Position numbers and translations under genes: made by a program. From an uncultured Helicobacter sp. (GTDB taxonomy: Bacteria; Campylobacterota; Campylobacteria; Campylobacterales; Arcobacteraceae), in contig CAZEXK010000004.1 of assembly GCA_964516815.1 (NCBI GenBank), positions 19,255 through 83,254 on the forward strand: 64,000 bases of DNA, given 5' to 3'. Of the stretch, positions 9,423 to 20,926 are shown piece after piece; within the stretch, counting starts at the first letter, position 1, and each line of letters opens with the position of its first letter. Below the pieces are notes generated by a model. That model made no database searches and was not told the origin of the DNA. It saw only the letters and a program-made list of their open reading frames with translations.

Positions 9423-11216
9423 TTGCAAGAACTAATAAGAAACTTTTCAATAATAGCTCACATAGACCATGGCAAAAGTACACTAGCAGATAGAATAATA
9501 CAAGAATGTGGTTCTATAAGCAATAGAGAGATGTCTGCTCAGGTTATGGATACAATGGATATTGAAAAAGAAAGAGGAATCACAATAAAAGCACAATCTG
9601 TTAGACTAAAATATACTAAAGATGATATTGAATATGTATTAAATCTTATAGATACTCCTGGGCATGTTGATTTTTCTTATGAAGTATCAAGATCATTAGC
9701 TTCATCCGAAGGTGCATTACTTATAGTTGATGCTACTCAAGGTGTTGAAGCTCAAACTATTGCAAATGTATACATAGCAATGGAAAATGACCTAACACTT
9801 CTTCCTGTAGTAAATAAGATTGATTTACCATCTTCTGATCCTATGAGAGTGTTAGAAGAAACAGAAGATGCAATTGGACTTGATTGTACACTTCATAATT
9901 TAATTTCTGCTAAAACTGGTCTTGGAGTTAAAGATTTAATTGATTCAATTGTTGATAATATTCCTTGTCCTAGTGGAGATAAAAATGCTTCTACTAAGGC
10001 TTTAATTTATGATTCATGGTTTGATAATTATTTAGGTGCATTGGCTCTTGTAAGAATTTATGATGGTTCAATTAAAAAAGGTCAAGTATTAAGAATGATG
10101 AATACTAAAGTTGAACATAAAGTTTTAGATTTAATGTATCCACATCCTTTAAAAAAGGAAAAAACAAATGAGTTACAAGCAGGTGAAATTGGAATAGTAA
10201 TTTTAGGTCTAAAAACTACTGATGGAATTGAAGTAGGGGATACAATAACTGATGTTAAAAACCCAACAAAAGATGTAATCGATGGTTTTGAACCAGCAAA
10301 ACCTTTTGTATTCGCAGGTATTTATCCAATAGATACAGATAGATTTGAAGATTTAAGAGATTCTTTAGAGAAGTTAAGATTAAACGATTCTTCATTATCA
10401 TTTGAACCTGAAAGTTCTATGGCTTTAGGAAGTGGTTTTAGAACCGGTTTTTTAGGTATGCTTCATATGGAAGTAATAAAAGAAAGACTTGAAAGAGAGT
10501 TTAATCTTGATTTGATTGCTACTGCTCCAACTGTAGTATATAAAGTGCTTAAAACAAATGGAGATGAAATAACAATTGAAAATCCATTTGATTTGCCAAT
10601 GCCAAATCACATAGATACAATTTTTGAACCATACGTAAAAGCTACTATTTTATGTCCTGATGAATATTTGGGAAATGTTATAAAGCTTTTAAATGATAAA
10701 CGAGGTATGCAAATTAAAATGGATTATATTAATCCTACAAGAGTTTTACTTGAATATGATATTCCAATGAATGAAATTGTAATGGATTTTTATGATAAAT
10801 TAAAATCAACAACTAAGGGTTATGCTTCTTTTGATTATGATATTATTGGATTTAGAGCAGGGGATTTGAAAAAGCTAGATATACTTGTAGCAGGTGAAGC
10901 TGTTGATGCTTTAAGTATAATTGTACCTCATGATAAAGCATTAAGTAGGGGTAGAATTTTCGTTAAGCAATTAAAAGAGTTAATACCTAGACAATTATTT
11001 GAAGTAGCAATTCAAGCTAGTATTGGAAAAGATATAATTGCGAGAGAAACTGTAAAATCAACAGGTAAAAATGTTACTGCAAAGTGTTATGGAGGGGATA
11101 TCTCTCGTAAGAAAAAACTTTTAGAAAAACAAAAAGCTGGTAAAAAAAGAATGAAAGCTATAGGAAAAGTTTCTATACCTCAAGAAGCATTTATGTCTGT
11201 ATTGAAATTAGACTAA
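9423..11216 (+). CDS. lepA: Translation elongation factor 4
   Basis: 597-aa ORF with a TTG start. GTPase motifs are [14 protein letters not shown] and NKID. The LepA-specific C-terminus reads [22 protein letters not shown]. Confidence 0.96.
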   Translation: MQELIRNFSIIAHIDHGKSTLADRIIQECGSISNREMSAQVMDTMDIEKERGITIKAQSVRLKYTKDDIEYVLNLIDTPGHVDFSYEVSRSLASSEGALLIVDATQGVEAQTIANVYIAMENDLTLLPVVNKIDLPSSDPMRVLEETEDAIGLDCTLHNLISAKTGLGVKDLIDSIVDNIPCPSGDKNASTKALIYDSWFDNYLGALALVRIYDGSIKKGQVLRMMNTKVEHKVLDLMYPHPLKKEKTNELQAGEIGIVILGLKTTDGIEVGDTITDVKNPTKDVIDGFEPAKPFVFAGIYPIDTDRFEDLRDSLEKLRLNDSSLSFEPESSMALGSGFRTGFLGMLHMEVIKERLEREFNLDLIATAPTVVYKVLKTNGDEITIENPFDLPMPNHIDTIFEPYVKATILCPDEYLGNVIKLLNDKRGMQIKMDYINPTRVLLEYDIPMNEIVMDFYDKLKSTTKGYASFDYDIIGFRAGDLKKLDILVAGEAVDALSIIVPHDKALSRGRIFVKQLKELIPRQLFEVAIQASIGKDIIARETVKSTGKNVTAKCYGGDISRKKKLLEKQKAGKKRMKAIGKVSIPQEAFMSVLKLD

Positions 11217-11257
11217 TATAATTAAAAATAAAAGAAAAATTCTTTTATTTTACTAAA

Positions 11258-11279
11258 ACATTGTTCTTATGAACAATGT
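11258..11279. terminator. Hairpin between the convergent lepA and the Cys-rich ORF
   Basis: ACATTGTTC-ttat-GAACAATGT: a 9-bp perfect stem that overlaps the stop codon of the minus-strand ORF. An all-A:T palindrome lies at 11225-11251 just upstream. Confidence 0.35.
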
Positions 11280-11512
11280 CCACCACCACAACATCCAGAA
11301 TCATTTTGAGTTTTCATACTCATATCGATTAAAATATTGCCACCTTCTTCTCTAGCTTGAAACTCATGTTTATTACAAAACTTTGTATTCATATGCTCTA
11401 CCATAGTGCTTGCTTCCATTAATGCGTCATCTTTTGATTGAAAACTTTTATTATTATCAAATGAACTTCTTTTAAAACATCCACATTCTCTTTGTACTAT
11501 AATTGTACTCAT
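11267..11512 (-). CDS. Small cysteine-rich protein (81 aa), putative metal-binding
   Basis: RBS AGGAG lies 7 nt upstream of the ATG. An N-terminal ECGC motif and a C-terminal SGCCGGGHCS tail; no TM segment. Confidence 0.6.
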   Translation of the reverse strand: MSTIIVQRECGCFKRSSFDNNKSFQSKDDALMEASTMVEHMNTKFCNKHEFQAREEGGNILIDMSMKTQNDSGCCGGGHCS

Positions 11513-11585
11513 ATATATCTCCTAATTTTTATTTGTTTGAAAATATATCACATTGTTATTAATATAAGATTAGTTAAAATATCTA

Positions 11586-12158
11586 ATGCGATGTATTATA
11601 TGTGAAAAAATATCTTTTAATATTATTTGTAAAATATGTCAAAATAATTTTTTAAAAGCGGATATGCATAAAAGAGAAATTCAAAAAGATTTTTTTGTTT
11701 ATAGTTTTTATAATTATGATGAAATAAAAGAGATGCTAAATTCCAAGTATGATTTTTATGGAGATAGAGTATTTAATGTTCTAGCTAAACTATCATTTAA
11801 AAAATTTGTTAATAACTTTTATTTTAAATATAAAATTTATGTAATACCAATAGATGATCATACCAGACATGGTTTTTCGCATAGTGCTTTGTTAGCAAAG
11901 CACTTGAAAAGTAGTAATATACAAGTACAGTACAATACTCTAAAAGCTCAAAATCATGTAAAGTATGCTGGAAAAACATTAGCATTTAGAAAAAAATCAA
12001 AAAGAAATTTTATTTATACCGGGGATGAAAAATTAAAAATAATTTTAGTAGATGATATTGTTACAAGTGCTACAACCATACTTGAAGCTAAAAAAATATT
12101 AGAAGATAACAGTTGTGAAGTTTTGTTTGCTTTAACTTTAAGTGATGCAAAAATATGA
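11586..12158 (+). CDS. ComF-family protein (phosphoribosyltransferase fold)
   Basis: 190-aa ORF with an N-terminal zinc ribbon (CIICE...CKIC) and a C-terminal PRTase loop (ILVDDIVTSATT). Confidence 0.7.
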   Translation: MRCIICEKISFNIICKICQNNFLKADMHKREIQKDFFVYSFYNYDEIKEMLNSKYDFYGDRVFNVLAKLSFKKFVNNFYFKYKIYVIPIDDHTRHGFSHSALLAKHLKSSNIQVQYNTLKAQNHVKYAGKTLAFRKKSKRNFIYTGDEKLKIILVDDIVTSATTILEAKKILEDNSCEVLFALTLSDAKI

Positions 12159-12188
12159 TAAAATCGTAATTATATATAAGGAATAATA

Positions 12189-12797
12189 TTGATAGCAATT
12201 GTAGATTATAATATTGGTAACCTAGCTAGTGTTCACAATGCTTGTAAGTTAATTGGTTACGAAGCTCATATTGTAAAGAACCCATCTGAACTAATTAATT
12301 ATGATAAAATAATACTTCCAGGAGTTGGTGCTTTTGAAGATGCTATGAATTCTTTAAAAACTACAGGAATGTACGATGCTGTTAATTTATTTGCAAAGAC
12401 AAATAAGCCAATTTTGGGAATATGTCTAGGTATGCAACTTTTATTTGATAATAGTGAAGAATTTGGAAATAACAAAGGCTTAGGTTTAATTTCTGGAAAA
12501 GTTATAGCTTTTGATAAAAGCAAAATGAATATGAGTGAGCAAAAAATTCCTCATGTTGGATGGAACAAGGCTTTAAATAATTCCTCAAAATTGTTTGAAG
12601 GATTGAAAGATCCTTATTTATACTTTGTGCATTCTTTTCATGTAGTTTGCGATAATAAATATGTTTTAGCTAGTACTAATTATGGATATGACTTTGTAAG
12701 CGTTGTTAAAAAAGACAATATCTACGGTATACAAGCGCATCCTGAAAAATCACACGATGATGGTATAAAACTACTTAAAAACTTTTTGGAATTATAG
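12189..12797 (+). CDS. hisH: Imidazole glycerol phosphate synthase, glutamine amidotransferase subunit
   Basis: 202-aa ORF with a TTG start after AAGGA. Triad motifs are GICLGMQ and HPEKS. Confidence 0.92.
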   Translation: MIAIVDYNIGNLASVHNACKLIGYEAHIVKNPSELINYDKIILPGVGAFEDAMNSLKTTGMYDAVNLFAKTNKPILGICLGMQLLFDNSEEFGNNKGLGLISGKVIAFDKSKMNMSEQKIPHVGWNKALNNSSKLFEGLKDPYLYFVHSFHVVCDNKYVLASTNYGYDFVSVVKKDNIYGIQAHPEKSHDDGIKLLKNFLEL

Positions 12798-12799
12798 CT

Positions 12800-13453
12800 T
12801 TGAGTGTTAATTTATGTTCAATTGCTATAGGAGAGAAAAAAGTTTATACTAAGAATGATAGCTTTTTTTATAGTTCTTATAAAAAAGATATTTTTTCTTC
12901 TAAAATTGAAGTATGTGAAAATGGTATTTTAGGTGATACTCAAAGTGATAGAAAATTTCACGGTGGTAATGATAAAGCTATTCATATAGCTTGTAATAGG
13001 CATTTTGCTATATTTGAGAATATGTACAATATGAAAGCAGATAAATTATCTTTTGGATGTAATATATTAGTGGACGAATTAGATGAAAGTGACGTTTATA
13101 TTGGGGATATTTATTCAATAGGTAAAATACAAATAGAGGTTTCTCAACCACGACAAGCTTGTTGGAAAATAGCTGCAATATTTGACAAACATATTAGTAG
13201 GTATATTTTAAAAAATCAAGCTACAGGTTGGTATGTAAGAGTTTTAAATGATGGTATTATTAATATTGAAGACAAAATGATTTTAAAAAAAAGAGTAAGT
13301 AATATTAGTATAAAATACTTAACAAAATATTTGTTTTCACCACCAAATGAAAAAGAATTGATATCAGAAATATTAAATACAAAAGCATTATCACAATCGT
13401 ATAAAGATGATTTACTTAAGTCATGCGAAAAAAATAATAATAGGAAAAAATAA
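12800..13453 (+). CDS. MOSC domain-containing protein
   Basis: 217-aa ORF with FHGG.DKAIH and the invariant-Cys region [11 protein letters not shown], typical of MOSC (YiiM-like) proteins. It lies between hisH and hisA with 2-nt and 1-nt junctions. Confidence 0.75.
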   Translation: MSVNLCSIAIGEKKVYTKNDSFFYSSYKKDIFSSKIEVCENGILGDTQSDRKFHGGNDKAIHIACNRHFAIFENMYNMKADKLSFGCNILVDELDESDVYIGDIYSIGKIQIEVSQPRQACWKIAAIFDKHISRYILKNQATGWYVRVLNDGIINIEDKMILKKRVSNISIKYLTKYLFSPPNEKELISEILNTKALSQSYKDDLLKSCEKNNNRKK

Positions 13454-14163
13454 TGGACATACTTCCAGCAATAGATTTAAAAGATGGAAAAGCAGTAAGA
13501 CTTAGTAAAGGTCTTATGCAAAGTGCTAAAATATACTCAGATGAACCTTGGATGGTTGCAAAAAGATTTGAAGAACTTGGTTCAAAATGGTTGCATATTG
13601 TAGATTTAAATGGTGCTTTTGCTGGTGAACCAGCAAATTTAGAACAAATCAAAAAAATAAGAGAAAATTGTAACTTGAAAATTGAACTTGGTGGTGGAAT
13701 CAGAGATGAAAAAACTATTAAAATGTATGTTGAACTTGGTGTTAATAGATTGATTTTAGGTTCAATTGCTGTTAAAAACCCACAATTTGTTAAAGATATG
13801 GCATCAAAATATCCAATTGCTGTGGGAATTGATGCTATAAATGGGATGGTTGCCGTTGAAGGATGGGCTGAAGTTTCAAGTATGAAAGCTAGTCATTTAG
13901 CAAAAGAGTTTGCAAATGCAGGAGTTCAAGCTATTATATGTACTGATATTTCAAAAGATGGAATGTTATGTGGAGTAAATGTAAAATGGACAGAAGAAAT
14001 TGCAATTGCAAGTGGAATTGATACTATTGCATCTGGTGGAGTTAAAGACATAAATGATATTATATCTTGTCAAGATAATGGAAATATTGCTGGAGTTATA
14101 GTTGGTAAAGCATTTTATGAAGGTAGCCTTGACTTAGAAGAAGGGTTTAAAGCTTTAAAATAA
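13453..14163 (+). CDS. hisA: 1-(5-phosphoribosyl)-5-[(5-phosphoribosylamino)methylideneamino]imidazole-4-carboxamide isomerase
   Basis: 236-aa ORF with [21 protein letters not shown] and GGGIR motifs. Confidence 0.93.
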   Translation: MDILPAIDLKDGKAVRLSKGLMQSAKIYSDEPWMVAKRFEELGSKWLHIVDLNGAFAGEPANLEQIKKIRENCNLKIELGGGIRDEKTIKMYVELGVNRLILGSIAVKNPQFVKDMASKYPIAVGIDAINGMVAVEGWAEVSSMKASHLAKEFANAGVQAIICTDISKDGMLCGVNVKWTEEIAIASGIDTIASGGVKDINDIISCQDNGNIAGVIVGKAFYEGSLDLEEGFKALK

Positions 14164-14174
14164 GCTAATCAAAT

Positions 14175-15383
14175 ATGAATAAAAAACTTGTAAACTTTAT
14201 AGTAAAAAAATATCTAAAATTTGATAAAAAAAATCCATTTATATCTATAACTGCAGTACTTGCATTTGTGGGTGTTGCAATTGGTGTTATGGTATTAATT
14301 GTTGCTATGTCAATTATGAATGGTACAGCCAAAGAATTTGAAAATAAATTATTTACTATGAATTATCCATTGAGTATTTATCCTACGCAAGAGGCCAGTG
14401 TTAATAAAAATTTATTACAAAAACTTGAAGAAGAGTTTCCAAAATTATTATTTTCACCATATTTAAAATCGCAAGTTATGCTACAAAGTGGGCAATCTAT
14501 GAGTGGTGGTTTAGTATTTGGTGTAAATAGTTCCAAAGAAGCTAAAATAAATAAAATTTATAAAAAATCATTAGAAGGTATAAGAAAACTAAATAAATAC
14601 GACTTAATAGTTGGAAGTGGTATTAAAAATGATATGGTGTTATTTAATGATCAAAAAGTTACTTTATATTTTACATCTTTAAATCCAAATGGATTTTCAT
14701 TAATGCCTAAATTAAAACGATTTGTATATGCATCAAATTTTACGTCTGGATTATCATCTTATGATAGTGCTTATATGTACACAAGTATTGAAGCTATGCA
14801 AACTGTACTTAAAAAAGATAAAAATACTTATGACGGAATACATATATTTTCATCTAATGCTATGGAAGATATTAAAAAAATTAAAATATTTTTAATAAAT
14901 TACGATGTTGGTGTTATAGGATGGTGGCAACAAAATGGAAACTTTTTTGCAGCAATGAAATTAGAAAAGCAAGCTTTATTTATTGTATTAATGTTAATAA
15001 TTTTAGTTGCTTCTCTTAATATAATATCATCACTACTAATGACAGTTATGAGTAGAAGAAAAGAAATAGCTTTATTGCTATCTATGGGTACATCAAATAA
15101 AGAAATAAAACAAATATTTTTGAAACTTGGAATTGTTATTGGTTTTGGAGGAATAGTATTAGGAGTAGCTTTAGGTTTTTTAGGATTATATATTCTTGAA
15201 AATTTTGACATTATATCTTTGCCTGCAGATGTTTATGCTACATCAAAATTGCCATTGTTATTAAATAATATTGATTTATTTTTTATTCTTAGTGGTTCAG
15301 TAATTATAGTTTTATTATCATCTTATTATCCAGCGCATAAAGCAACAAAAATAGATGTTTTAGATGTATTAAGAAATGAGTAA
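14175..15383 (+). CDS. Lipoprotein-releasing ABC transporter permease (LolC/LolE, FtsX-type)
   Basis: 402-aa ORF with an N-terminal TM segment, a large periplasmic loop and a C-terminal 3-TM FtsX domain (SRRKEIALLLSMG). Confidence 0.8.
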   Translation: MNKKLVNFIVKKYLKFDKKNPFISITAVLAFVGVAIGVMVLIVAMSIMNGTAKEFENKLFTMNYPLSIYPTQEASVNKNLLQKLEEEFPKLLFSPYLKSQVMLQSGQSMSGGLVFGVNSSKEAKINKIYKKSLEGIRKLNKYDLIVGSGIKNDMVLFNDQKVTLYFTSLNPNGFSLMPKLKRFVYASNFTSGLSSYDSAYMYTSIEAMQTVLKKDKNTYDGIHIFSSNAMEDIKKIKIFLINYDVGVIGWWQQNGNFFAAMKLEKQALFIVLMLIILVASLNIISSLLMTVMSRRKEIALLLSMGTSNKEIKQIFLKLGIVIGFGGIVLGVALGFLGLYILENFDIISLPADVYATSKLPLLLNNIDLFFILSGSVIIVLLSSYYPAHKATKIDVLDVLRNE

Positions 15384-15464
15384 TACTAATATCCTTTATA
15401 TACATTTTTAAGCATTTTTTGCCTATAATAATAAAATTTTTTATAATATTTTTAAGGAAAATAA

Positions 15465-18400
15465 ATGGGAAAAAGAGAAGATATTAAAACTATATTACTT
15501 ATTGGTTCTGGACCTATAATCATAGGTCAAGCTTGTGAATTCGATTATTCTGGTACTCAAGCAACTAAAACTTTAAAAGAATTAGGCTATAAAGTAATTC
15601 TAATTAATTCTAATCCTGCAACTATTATGACGGACCCTGAGTTTGCACATAAAACTTATATCGAACCAATAACAGAAGAGATGATTTCTAAGATTATTAA
15701 GATAGAAAACGTAGATGCAATTTTGCCAACAATGGGTGGACAAACTGCATTAAATGTTGCAACATCTATGTATGATAAGGGTATGCTTGAAGGTATAAAA
15801 TTTTTAGGTGCAAAACCTGAAGCAATTAAAAAAGGTGAAGATAGACTTTTATTTAAAAAATCAATGATAAAAATTGGTATGGATTTACCAAAATCTCACT
15901 ATGCATACAATATACAAGAAGCTATGACAGCTCAAGAAGATATTGGTTTTCCTATTATAATTAGAGCATCATTTACACTTGCAGGTGGTGGCTCTGGAGT
16001 TGCTTATAATATTGAAGAATATAAACAATTAGCTCAAGCTGGAATCGATGCTTCACCTATTAGTGAAATATTAGTAGAAGAATCTTTACTTGGCTGGAAA
16101 GAATATGAGATGGAAGTTATAAGAGACAATAAAGATAATTGTATTATTGTTTGTTCTATTGAAAATCTTGACCCTATGGGTGTTCATACTGGTGATAGTA
16201 TCACGATTGCTCCTGCACTTACTTTAAGCGACAAGGAATATCAAAATATGAGGAATGCATCATTTGATATTTTAAGAGAAATTGGAGTTGATACTGGTGG
16301 TTCTAACGTACAGTTTTCAATCGATCCTAAAACAGGAAGGATGATTGTAATTGAAATGAATCCTAGAGTATCAAGGTCATCTGCACTAGCTTCAAAGGCT
16401 ACAGGTTATCCAATAGCAAAAGTAGCAACCTTACTTGCTGTTGGTTTTACTTTAGATGAAATTAAAAATGATATTACAGGAACAACTGCATCATTTGAAC
16501 CAGTAATTGACTATGTTGTTACTAAAATACCTAGATTTACTTTTGAAAAATTTCCAAAAGCAAACTCAACACTTTCTACAGGAATGAAAAGTGTTGGTGA
16601 AGTTATGGCAATAGGTAGAACTTTTAAAGAGTCTATGCAAAAAGCACTTTGTTCATTAGAAACTGGACTTATTGGTTTTGATAGCATTAGTGAAAATATT
16701 AGTTTAATTAAAAAAGAAATAATAAGACCAAATGAAAATAGAATATTATTCTTAATGGATGGATATAGAATGGGCTTGAGTAATGAAGAATTATTTGATT
16801 TATGTTCTATTGATCCTTGGTATTTATCTCAATTTAGAGAAATATACAATTTTGAAAACGAAATAAAAGAAAAATCTTACGATATTTTAAATGAAAAAGA
16901 CCTTTTAAGAAAAGCCAAAACATTTGGTTTTAGTGATGCAATGATAGCACAACTTATAAATGTAACAGAAGATGATGTTTATAATGCAAGGAATGCACTT
17001 GACATTAAGTTTGAATATAATGAAGTAGATACATGTTCTGCTGAATTTAAAGCTTTAACACCATATCTTTATTCAAGTACAAATATTTCTATCTTACCTG
17101 AGGAAAAAGCAATACAAAATGATGAAAAAAAAGTATTGATTATAGGTGGAGGACCAAATAGAATTGGACAAGGAATAGAGTTTGACTATTGTTGTTGTCA
17201 TGCGAGTTTTGCACTAAATGAAATTGGAATAAGAACTATAATGTATAATTGTAATCCAGAAACTGTAAGTACAGATTACGATACTTCTGATGTATTGTAT
17301 TTTGAACCTATTGACTTTGAACATGTAAGAGAAGTAATTAAAAAAGAAAACCCAGATGGAATTATAGTTCATTTTGGAGGACAAACACCATTAAAACTTG
17401 CGAATGCCATTAGCGATATTGGTGGAAATATTATTGGAACAAGTGCCAAGGTTATTGATTTAGCGGAAGATAGAGAGAAGTTCTCTACTTTTGTACAAGA
17501 AGCTGGATTATTGCAACCTGAAAATGGAACAGCTGTTACTATACAAGAAGCTATTATAATTGCAAATAGGATTTCTTATCCAGTACTTGTAAGACCATCT
17601 TTCGTTCTTGGTGGAAGAGGTATGAAAATAGTTTATTGTGAAGATGAACTTAAAAGCTATATGGATGAAGCTGTTTTAGTTTCTAATGATGCACCTGTAC
17701 TTGTAGATAAATTTTTAGATAGAGCAATTGAGCTTGATGTTGATTGTATAACTGATGGAAAAGAAGTTTATATAGGTGGTATTATGCAACATATAGAAGA
17801 AGCAGGAATACATTCAGGAGATAGTGCTTGTTCTTTACCTCCTATATCTTTAAGTGAAGATATATTAAAAGAAGTAGAAGAAAAAACTAAAGCGATGGCA
17901 TTGTCTTTGGGTGTAATTGGTTTGATGAATACCCAATACGCTATTCATCAAAATAAAATATATTTAATTGAAGTTAATCCTAGAGCTTCAAGAACTGTAC
18001 CATTTGTTAGTAAGGCTACAGGAATACCATTGGCAAAAGTTGCCACTAGAGTTATGTGGGGTGATTCGTTAAAAGATTCTTTGGCAGCATATGATAATAG
18101 TGAAATTGTTTATGAAGAAAATGGAGTTTTAAAACCAAAATTAAAAAATCATGTTGCAGTAAAAGAAGCAGTTTTTCCATTTAATAAACTAGGCGGTGCT
18201 GATTTGATTTTGGGTCCTGAAATGAAATCAACAGGTGAAGTTATGGGTATTGCTTCAAATTTTGGAATAGCATTTAATAAAGCACAAGAAGCAGCTAAAA
18301 ACTATCTTCCAACAAATGGAGGCAATGTATTTGTGTCTTTAGCTAATTTGGATAAAGAGTTTGCATGTAAAATTGCATCATCTTTAATTGAACTAAACTA

Positions 18401-18719
18401 TAATATTTTAGCAACCACTGGTACATTTAAAATTATAAATGACGCTGGTATTAGAGTAGAAAAAGTAAATAAAATAAGTGAAGGTAGACCAAATATTATT
18501 GATAAGCTTACTAATAAAGATATAGTAATGGCAATAAATACAACAGATGATGAAGTATCTAGTAAAGATGACGGTATTGCTATAAGAAGAAGTGTATTAA
18601 AAATGAATGTACCATATTTTACAACGGTAGCTGGTGCATTTGCAGCTATTCAAGCGATCAATGAAGCGTCCAACAATGAATTGATGCCAAAATCAATACA
18701 AGAATTTTTAGCTGAATAA
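15465..18719 (+). CDS. carB: Carbamoyl-phosphate synthase large subunit
   Basis: 1084-aa ORF with duplicated ATP-grasp halves ([17 protein letters not shown] and [16 protein letters not shown]) and a C-terminal MGS-like domain. Confidence 0.97.
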   Translation: MGKREDIKTILLIGSGPIIIGQACEFDYSGTQATKTLKELGYKVILINSNPATIMTDPEFAHKTYIEPITEEMISKIIKIENVDAILPTMGGQTALNVATSMYDKGMLEGIKFLGAKPEAIKKGEDRLLFKKSMIKIGMDLPKSHYAYNIQEAMTAQEDIGFPIIIRASFTLAGGGSGVAYNIEEYKQLAQAGIDASPISEILVEESLLGWKEYEMEVIRDNKDNCIIVCSIENLDPMGVHTGDSITIAPALTLSDKEYQNMRNASFDILREIGVDTGGSNVQFSIDPKTGRMIVIEMNPRVSRSSALASKATGYPIAKVATLLAVGFTLDEIKNDITGTTASFEPVIDYVVTKIPRFTFEKFPKANSTLSTGMKSVGEVMAIGRTFKESMQKALCSLETGLIGFDSISENISLIKKEIIRPNENRILFLMDGYRMGLSNEELFDLCSIDPWYLSQFREIYNFENEIKEKSYDILNEKDLLRKAKTFGFSDAMIAQLINVTEDDVYNARNALDIKFEYNEVDTCSAEFKALTPYLYSSTNISILPEEKAIQNDEKKVLIIGGGPNRIGQGIEFDYCCCHASFALNEIGIRTIMYNCNPETVSTDYDTSDVLYFEPIDFEHVREVIKKENPDGIIVHFGGQTPLKLANAISDIGGNIIGTSAKVIDLAEDREKFSTFVQEAGLLQPENGTAVTIQEAIIIANRISYPVLVRPSFVLGGRGMKIVYCEDELKSYMDEAVLVSNDAPVLVDKFLDRAIELDVDCITDGKEVYIGGIMQHIEEAGIHSGDSACSLPPISLSEDILKEVEEKTKAMALSLGVIGLMNTQYAIHQNKIYLIEVNPRASRTVPFVSKATGIPLAKVATRVMWGDSLKDSLAAYDNSEIVYEENGVLKPKLKNHVAVKEAVFPFNKLGGADLILGPEMKSTGEVMGIASNFGIAFNKAQEAAKNYLPTNGGNVFVSLANLDKEFACKIASSLIELNYNILATTGTFKIINDAGIRVEKVNKISEGRPNIIDKLTNKDIVMAINTTDDEVSSKDDGIAIRRSVLKMNVPYFTTVAGAFAAIQAINEASNNELMPKSIQEFLAE

Positions 18720-18732
18720 AAATACTGTATAC

Positions 18733-19155
18733 TTGACACAAACAGATACTACAGTAGGTTTTTTATGTCTTGATGAAAAAAAAATTAATAAAATAAAAAA
18801 CAGAGATATAAATCAAAAAGTATTAAAAACGCTTAGTTCTTTTAGTACTTTAAAAAAAAATATAAGAATTCCAAATAAATATAAAAAATTTATAAGAAAT
18901 GCAAAAAAAGCTTCTTTTATTTTTTCTGATTTAAATAGTTATAGAGTGGTAAGTCCAAATTATATGCATCATAATTTTTTAAAAAAGTTTGATTATTTAT
19001 ATTCAAGTTCTGCAAACCAAAATAAACAAAACTATGATGAAACTTTTGCTTTAAAAAACAGTAATGTCATTGTTTATAATTTTGAAAAGTTTACAGAAAA
19101 TAATTCATCAAGCATATATAAGGTTACAAATCATAAAATCAAAAAAATTAGATAA
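18733..19155 (+). CDS. Short Sua5/YciO/YrdC/YwlC-family protein
   Basis: 140-aa ORF with a TTG start. TQTDTTVGF and SSSAN are the hallmark YrdC-fold motifs. It is much shorter than TsaC. Confidence 0.55.
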   Translation: MTQTDTTVGFLCLDEKKINKIKNRDINQKVLKTLSSFSTLKKNIRIPNKYKKFIRNAKKASFIFSDLNSYRVVSPNYMHHNFLKKFDYLYSSSANQNKQNYDETFALKNSNVIVYNFEKFTENNSSSIYKVTNHKIKKIR

Positions 19156-19425
19156 CTATTCTTCTAATTTCTGTAAGATGATAGAATCAATAATCTGATT
19201 TTTAAATTTTGTATCTTCTAATTGTTGTTTTAAAAAGATATTTTCCTCTTTTAGTGAGATGTAATGTGAATATAAATTATTTATATCTTTACTAATGTAG
19301 TAAATGTTATTTCTTAGGTATATTTTTGGAATAAATAATAAAAGTAATACAAACATAATAACAAGCACTAATAATAAGGATGTCTTAGCATTTAGTTCAA
19401 ATTTAGTTTCTTCTTTTTCAATCAA
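19156..19425 (-). CDS. FtsL-like bitopic cell-division protein
   Basis: 89 aa: one TM segment followed by a heptad-like coiled coil. It lies immediately downstream of rsmH and overlaps it by 8 nt, the position ftsL occupies in the dcw cluster. Confidence 0.5.
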   Translation of the reverse strand: MIEKEETKFELNAKTSLLLVLVIMFVLLLLFIPKIYLRNNIYYISKDINNLYSHYISLKEENIFLKQQLEDTKFKNQIIDSIILQKLEE

Positions 19426-20326
19426 TTTTAAATACTCTCATTTTCGATGATCTAGATCTAGCATTTTGTTTTATTTCTTTATTTGTTGGAATAATTGGTT
19501 TTTTTGTAATGATTTTACCTAATTGATTATTGTTTCCACATTCACATCTCATAATATAATCTGGACAATTACATTTCTTGCTCCATACTTTGAAGTTATT
19601 TTTTACTATTCTATCTTCAAGAGAATGAAAAGATATGATAGCAACAGTACAATTTGATAAATTAGCATCGCTAATAGAGTTAAATAATTCTTCTAATACC
19701 CCTAACTCATTGTTGACAGCTATTCTAATACCTTGGAATGTTAATGTAGCAGGGTGTATTTTTCCTTTATACATATTTTCTTCTAATAGCTTAGATAATT
19801 GTAAAGCAGAAGTAAAGGGTCTATTTTTAATAATTAGGTCTGTAACTTTTTTGTATTCTTTGACCTCTCCATATTCTTTTAATACAAATTGTAAATCTTT
19901 TTGGGAATATTGGTTTACTATTGTAGAAGCAGTTAATTCTTGCTCTTGATTCATTCTCATATCTAATACATCACTTTTAAAACCAAAGCCTCTGTCATTA
20001 TTATCAAGTTGTAAAGAAGATACTCCAATATCAGCTAAAATTCCTCTTATTGGTAAGTGTTTATATTTACTTATTAAGTCCTTGAAATTACCATTATTAA
20101 ATGTAATCCTAGATGAGAATTTATTTAATCTTTTTTTTGAAAATTTTAATGCTTCATCGTCTTGGTCATTGCAAATTAGATTAATATTTTTGTTATTTGA
20201 TATAATACCAAAAGAATGTCCAGCATAACCTAGAGTACAGTCTATAATAAAACCATCATCTATTAATGAAAAAAGATTTATAACTTCATCGTAAAGAACT
20301 GGAACATGAGGTATTTTGTCATTCAA
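19418..20326 (-). CDS. rsmH: 16S rRNA (cytosine1402-N4)-methyltransferase
   Basis: 302-aa ORF with HVPVL, DCTLGYAGHS, DLGVSS-type (DIGVSSLQLD) and SFHSLEDR motifs. Confidence 0.95.
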   Translation of the reverse strand: MNDKIPHVPVLYDEVINLFSLIDDGFIIDCTLGYAGHSFGIISNNKNINLICNDQDDEALKFSKKRLNKFSSRITFNNGNFKDLISKYKHLPIRGILADIGVSSLQLDNNDRGFGFKSDVLDMRMNQEQELTASTIVNQYSQKDLQFVLKEYGEVKEYKKVTDLIIKNRPFTSALQLSKLLEENMYKGKIHPATLTFQGIRIAVNNELGVLEELFNSISDANLSNCTVAIISFHSLEDRIVKNNFKVWSKKCNCPDYIMRCECGNNNQLGKIITKKPIIPTNKEIKQNARSRSSKMRVFKID

Positions 20327-20474
20327 AAAAATGTCCTTTTATTCGTTATGTTTGCATTATATCATAAAATCAATGCATAATTGTCGATAAATGGTCATTT
20401 ATTAAGTACTTTTAGCTAAATTAAAGCTTAAATACTATAAAGTTACAAGAATTAAATAATAAAAGGAAATAATT

Positions 20475-20750
20475 ATGAATAAAGCTGAGTTTATCGATGC
20501 AGTTGCTACAAAAACAGGATTATCAAAAAAAGATGCTAAGGGTGCTTTAGAAGCTTCTTTAGAAACTATAACAGAGGCTCTTGCTAAAAGAGATACTGTT
20601 TCGTTTATCGGTTTTGGAACTTTTTCTACAGTTGATAGAGCTGCTAGAACTGCTAGAGTACCTGGAACAGGTGCTGAAGTTAAAGTACCTGCTACAACAG
20701 TTGCTAAATTTAAAGTTGGAAAAGCTTTAAAAGAAGCTGTAAAAAAATAG
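20475..20750 (+). CDS. hup: HU-family DNA-binding protein
   Basis: 91-aa ORF: MNKAEFIDAVA...GFGTFS...R.ARTARVPGTG. RBS AAGGA upstream. Confidence 0.95.
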   Translation: MNKAEFIDAVATKTGLSKKDAKGALEASLETITEALAKRDTVSFIGFGTFSTVDRAARTARVPGTGAEVKVPATTVAKFKVGKALKEAVKK

Positions 20751-20762
20751 TTTTAAATAGAT

Positions 20763-20798
20763 AAAAAAAACCCAACTTATTGCAAGTTGGGTTTTTTT
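20763..20798 (+). terminator. Rho-independent terminator (bidirectional shape: A-run, hairpin, T-run)
   Basis: AAAAAAAA-CCCAACTT-attgc-AAGTTGGG-TTTTTTT, directly after the hup stop. Confidence 0.85.
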
Positions 20799-20825
20799 AT
20801 TTCAAAATATTGTATGTATAGTATA

Positions 20826-20831
20826 TATTAT
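20826..20831 (+). promoter_or_regulatory. Putative -10 box (TATTAT) for tRNA-Leu
   Basis: It lies 11 nt upstream of the mature tRNA 5' end, in an AT-rich context. Confidence 0.35.
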
Positions 20832-20842
20832 ACACGCAATGA

Positions 20843-20926
20843 GCCAGCGTGATGGAATGGTAGACTTGGCGGATTCAAAATCCGCTGCCCTTGGGCGTAC
20901 CGGTTCAAGTCCGGTCGCTGGTACCA
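20843..20926 (+). tRNA. tRNA-Leu (anticodon CAA), class II with long variable arm, CCA encoded
   Basis: Hand fold gives acceptor GCCAGCG/CGCTGGT, anticodon stem-loop GCGGA-TTCAAAA-TCCGC, long variable arm and T-arm CCGGTTCAAGTCCGG. It is colinear with E. coli tRNA-Leu(CAA) as recalled. Confidence 0.9.
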
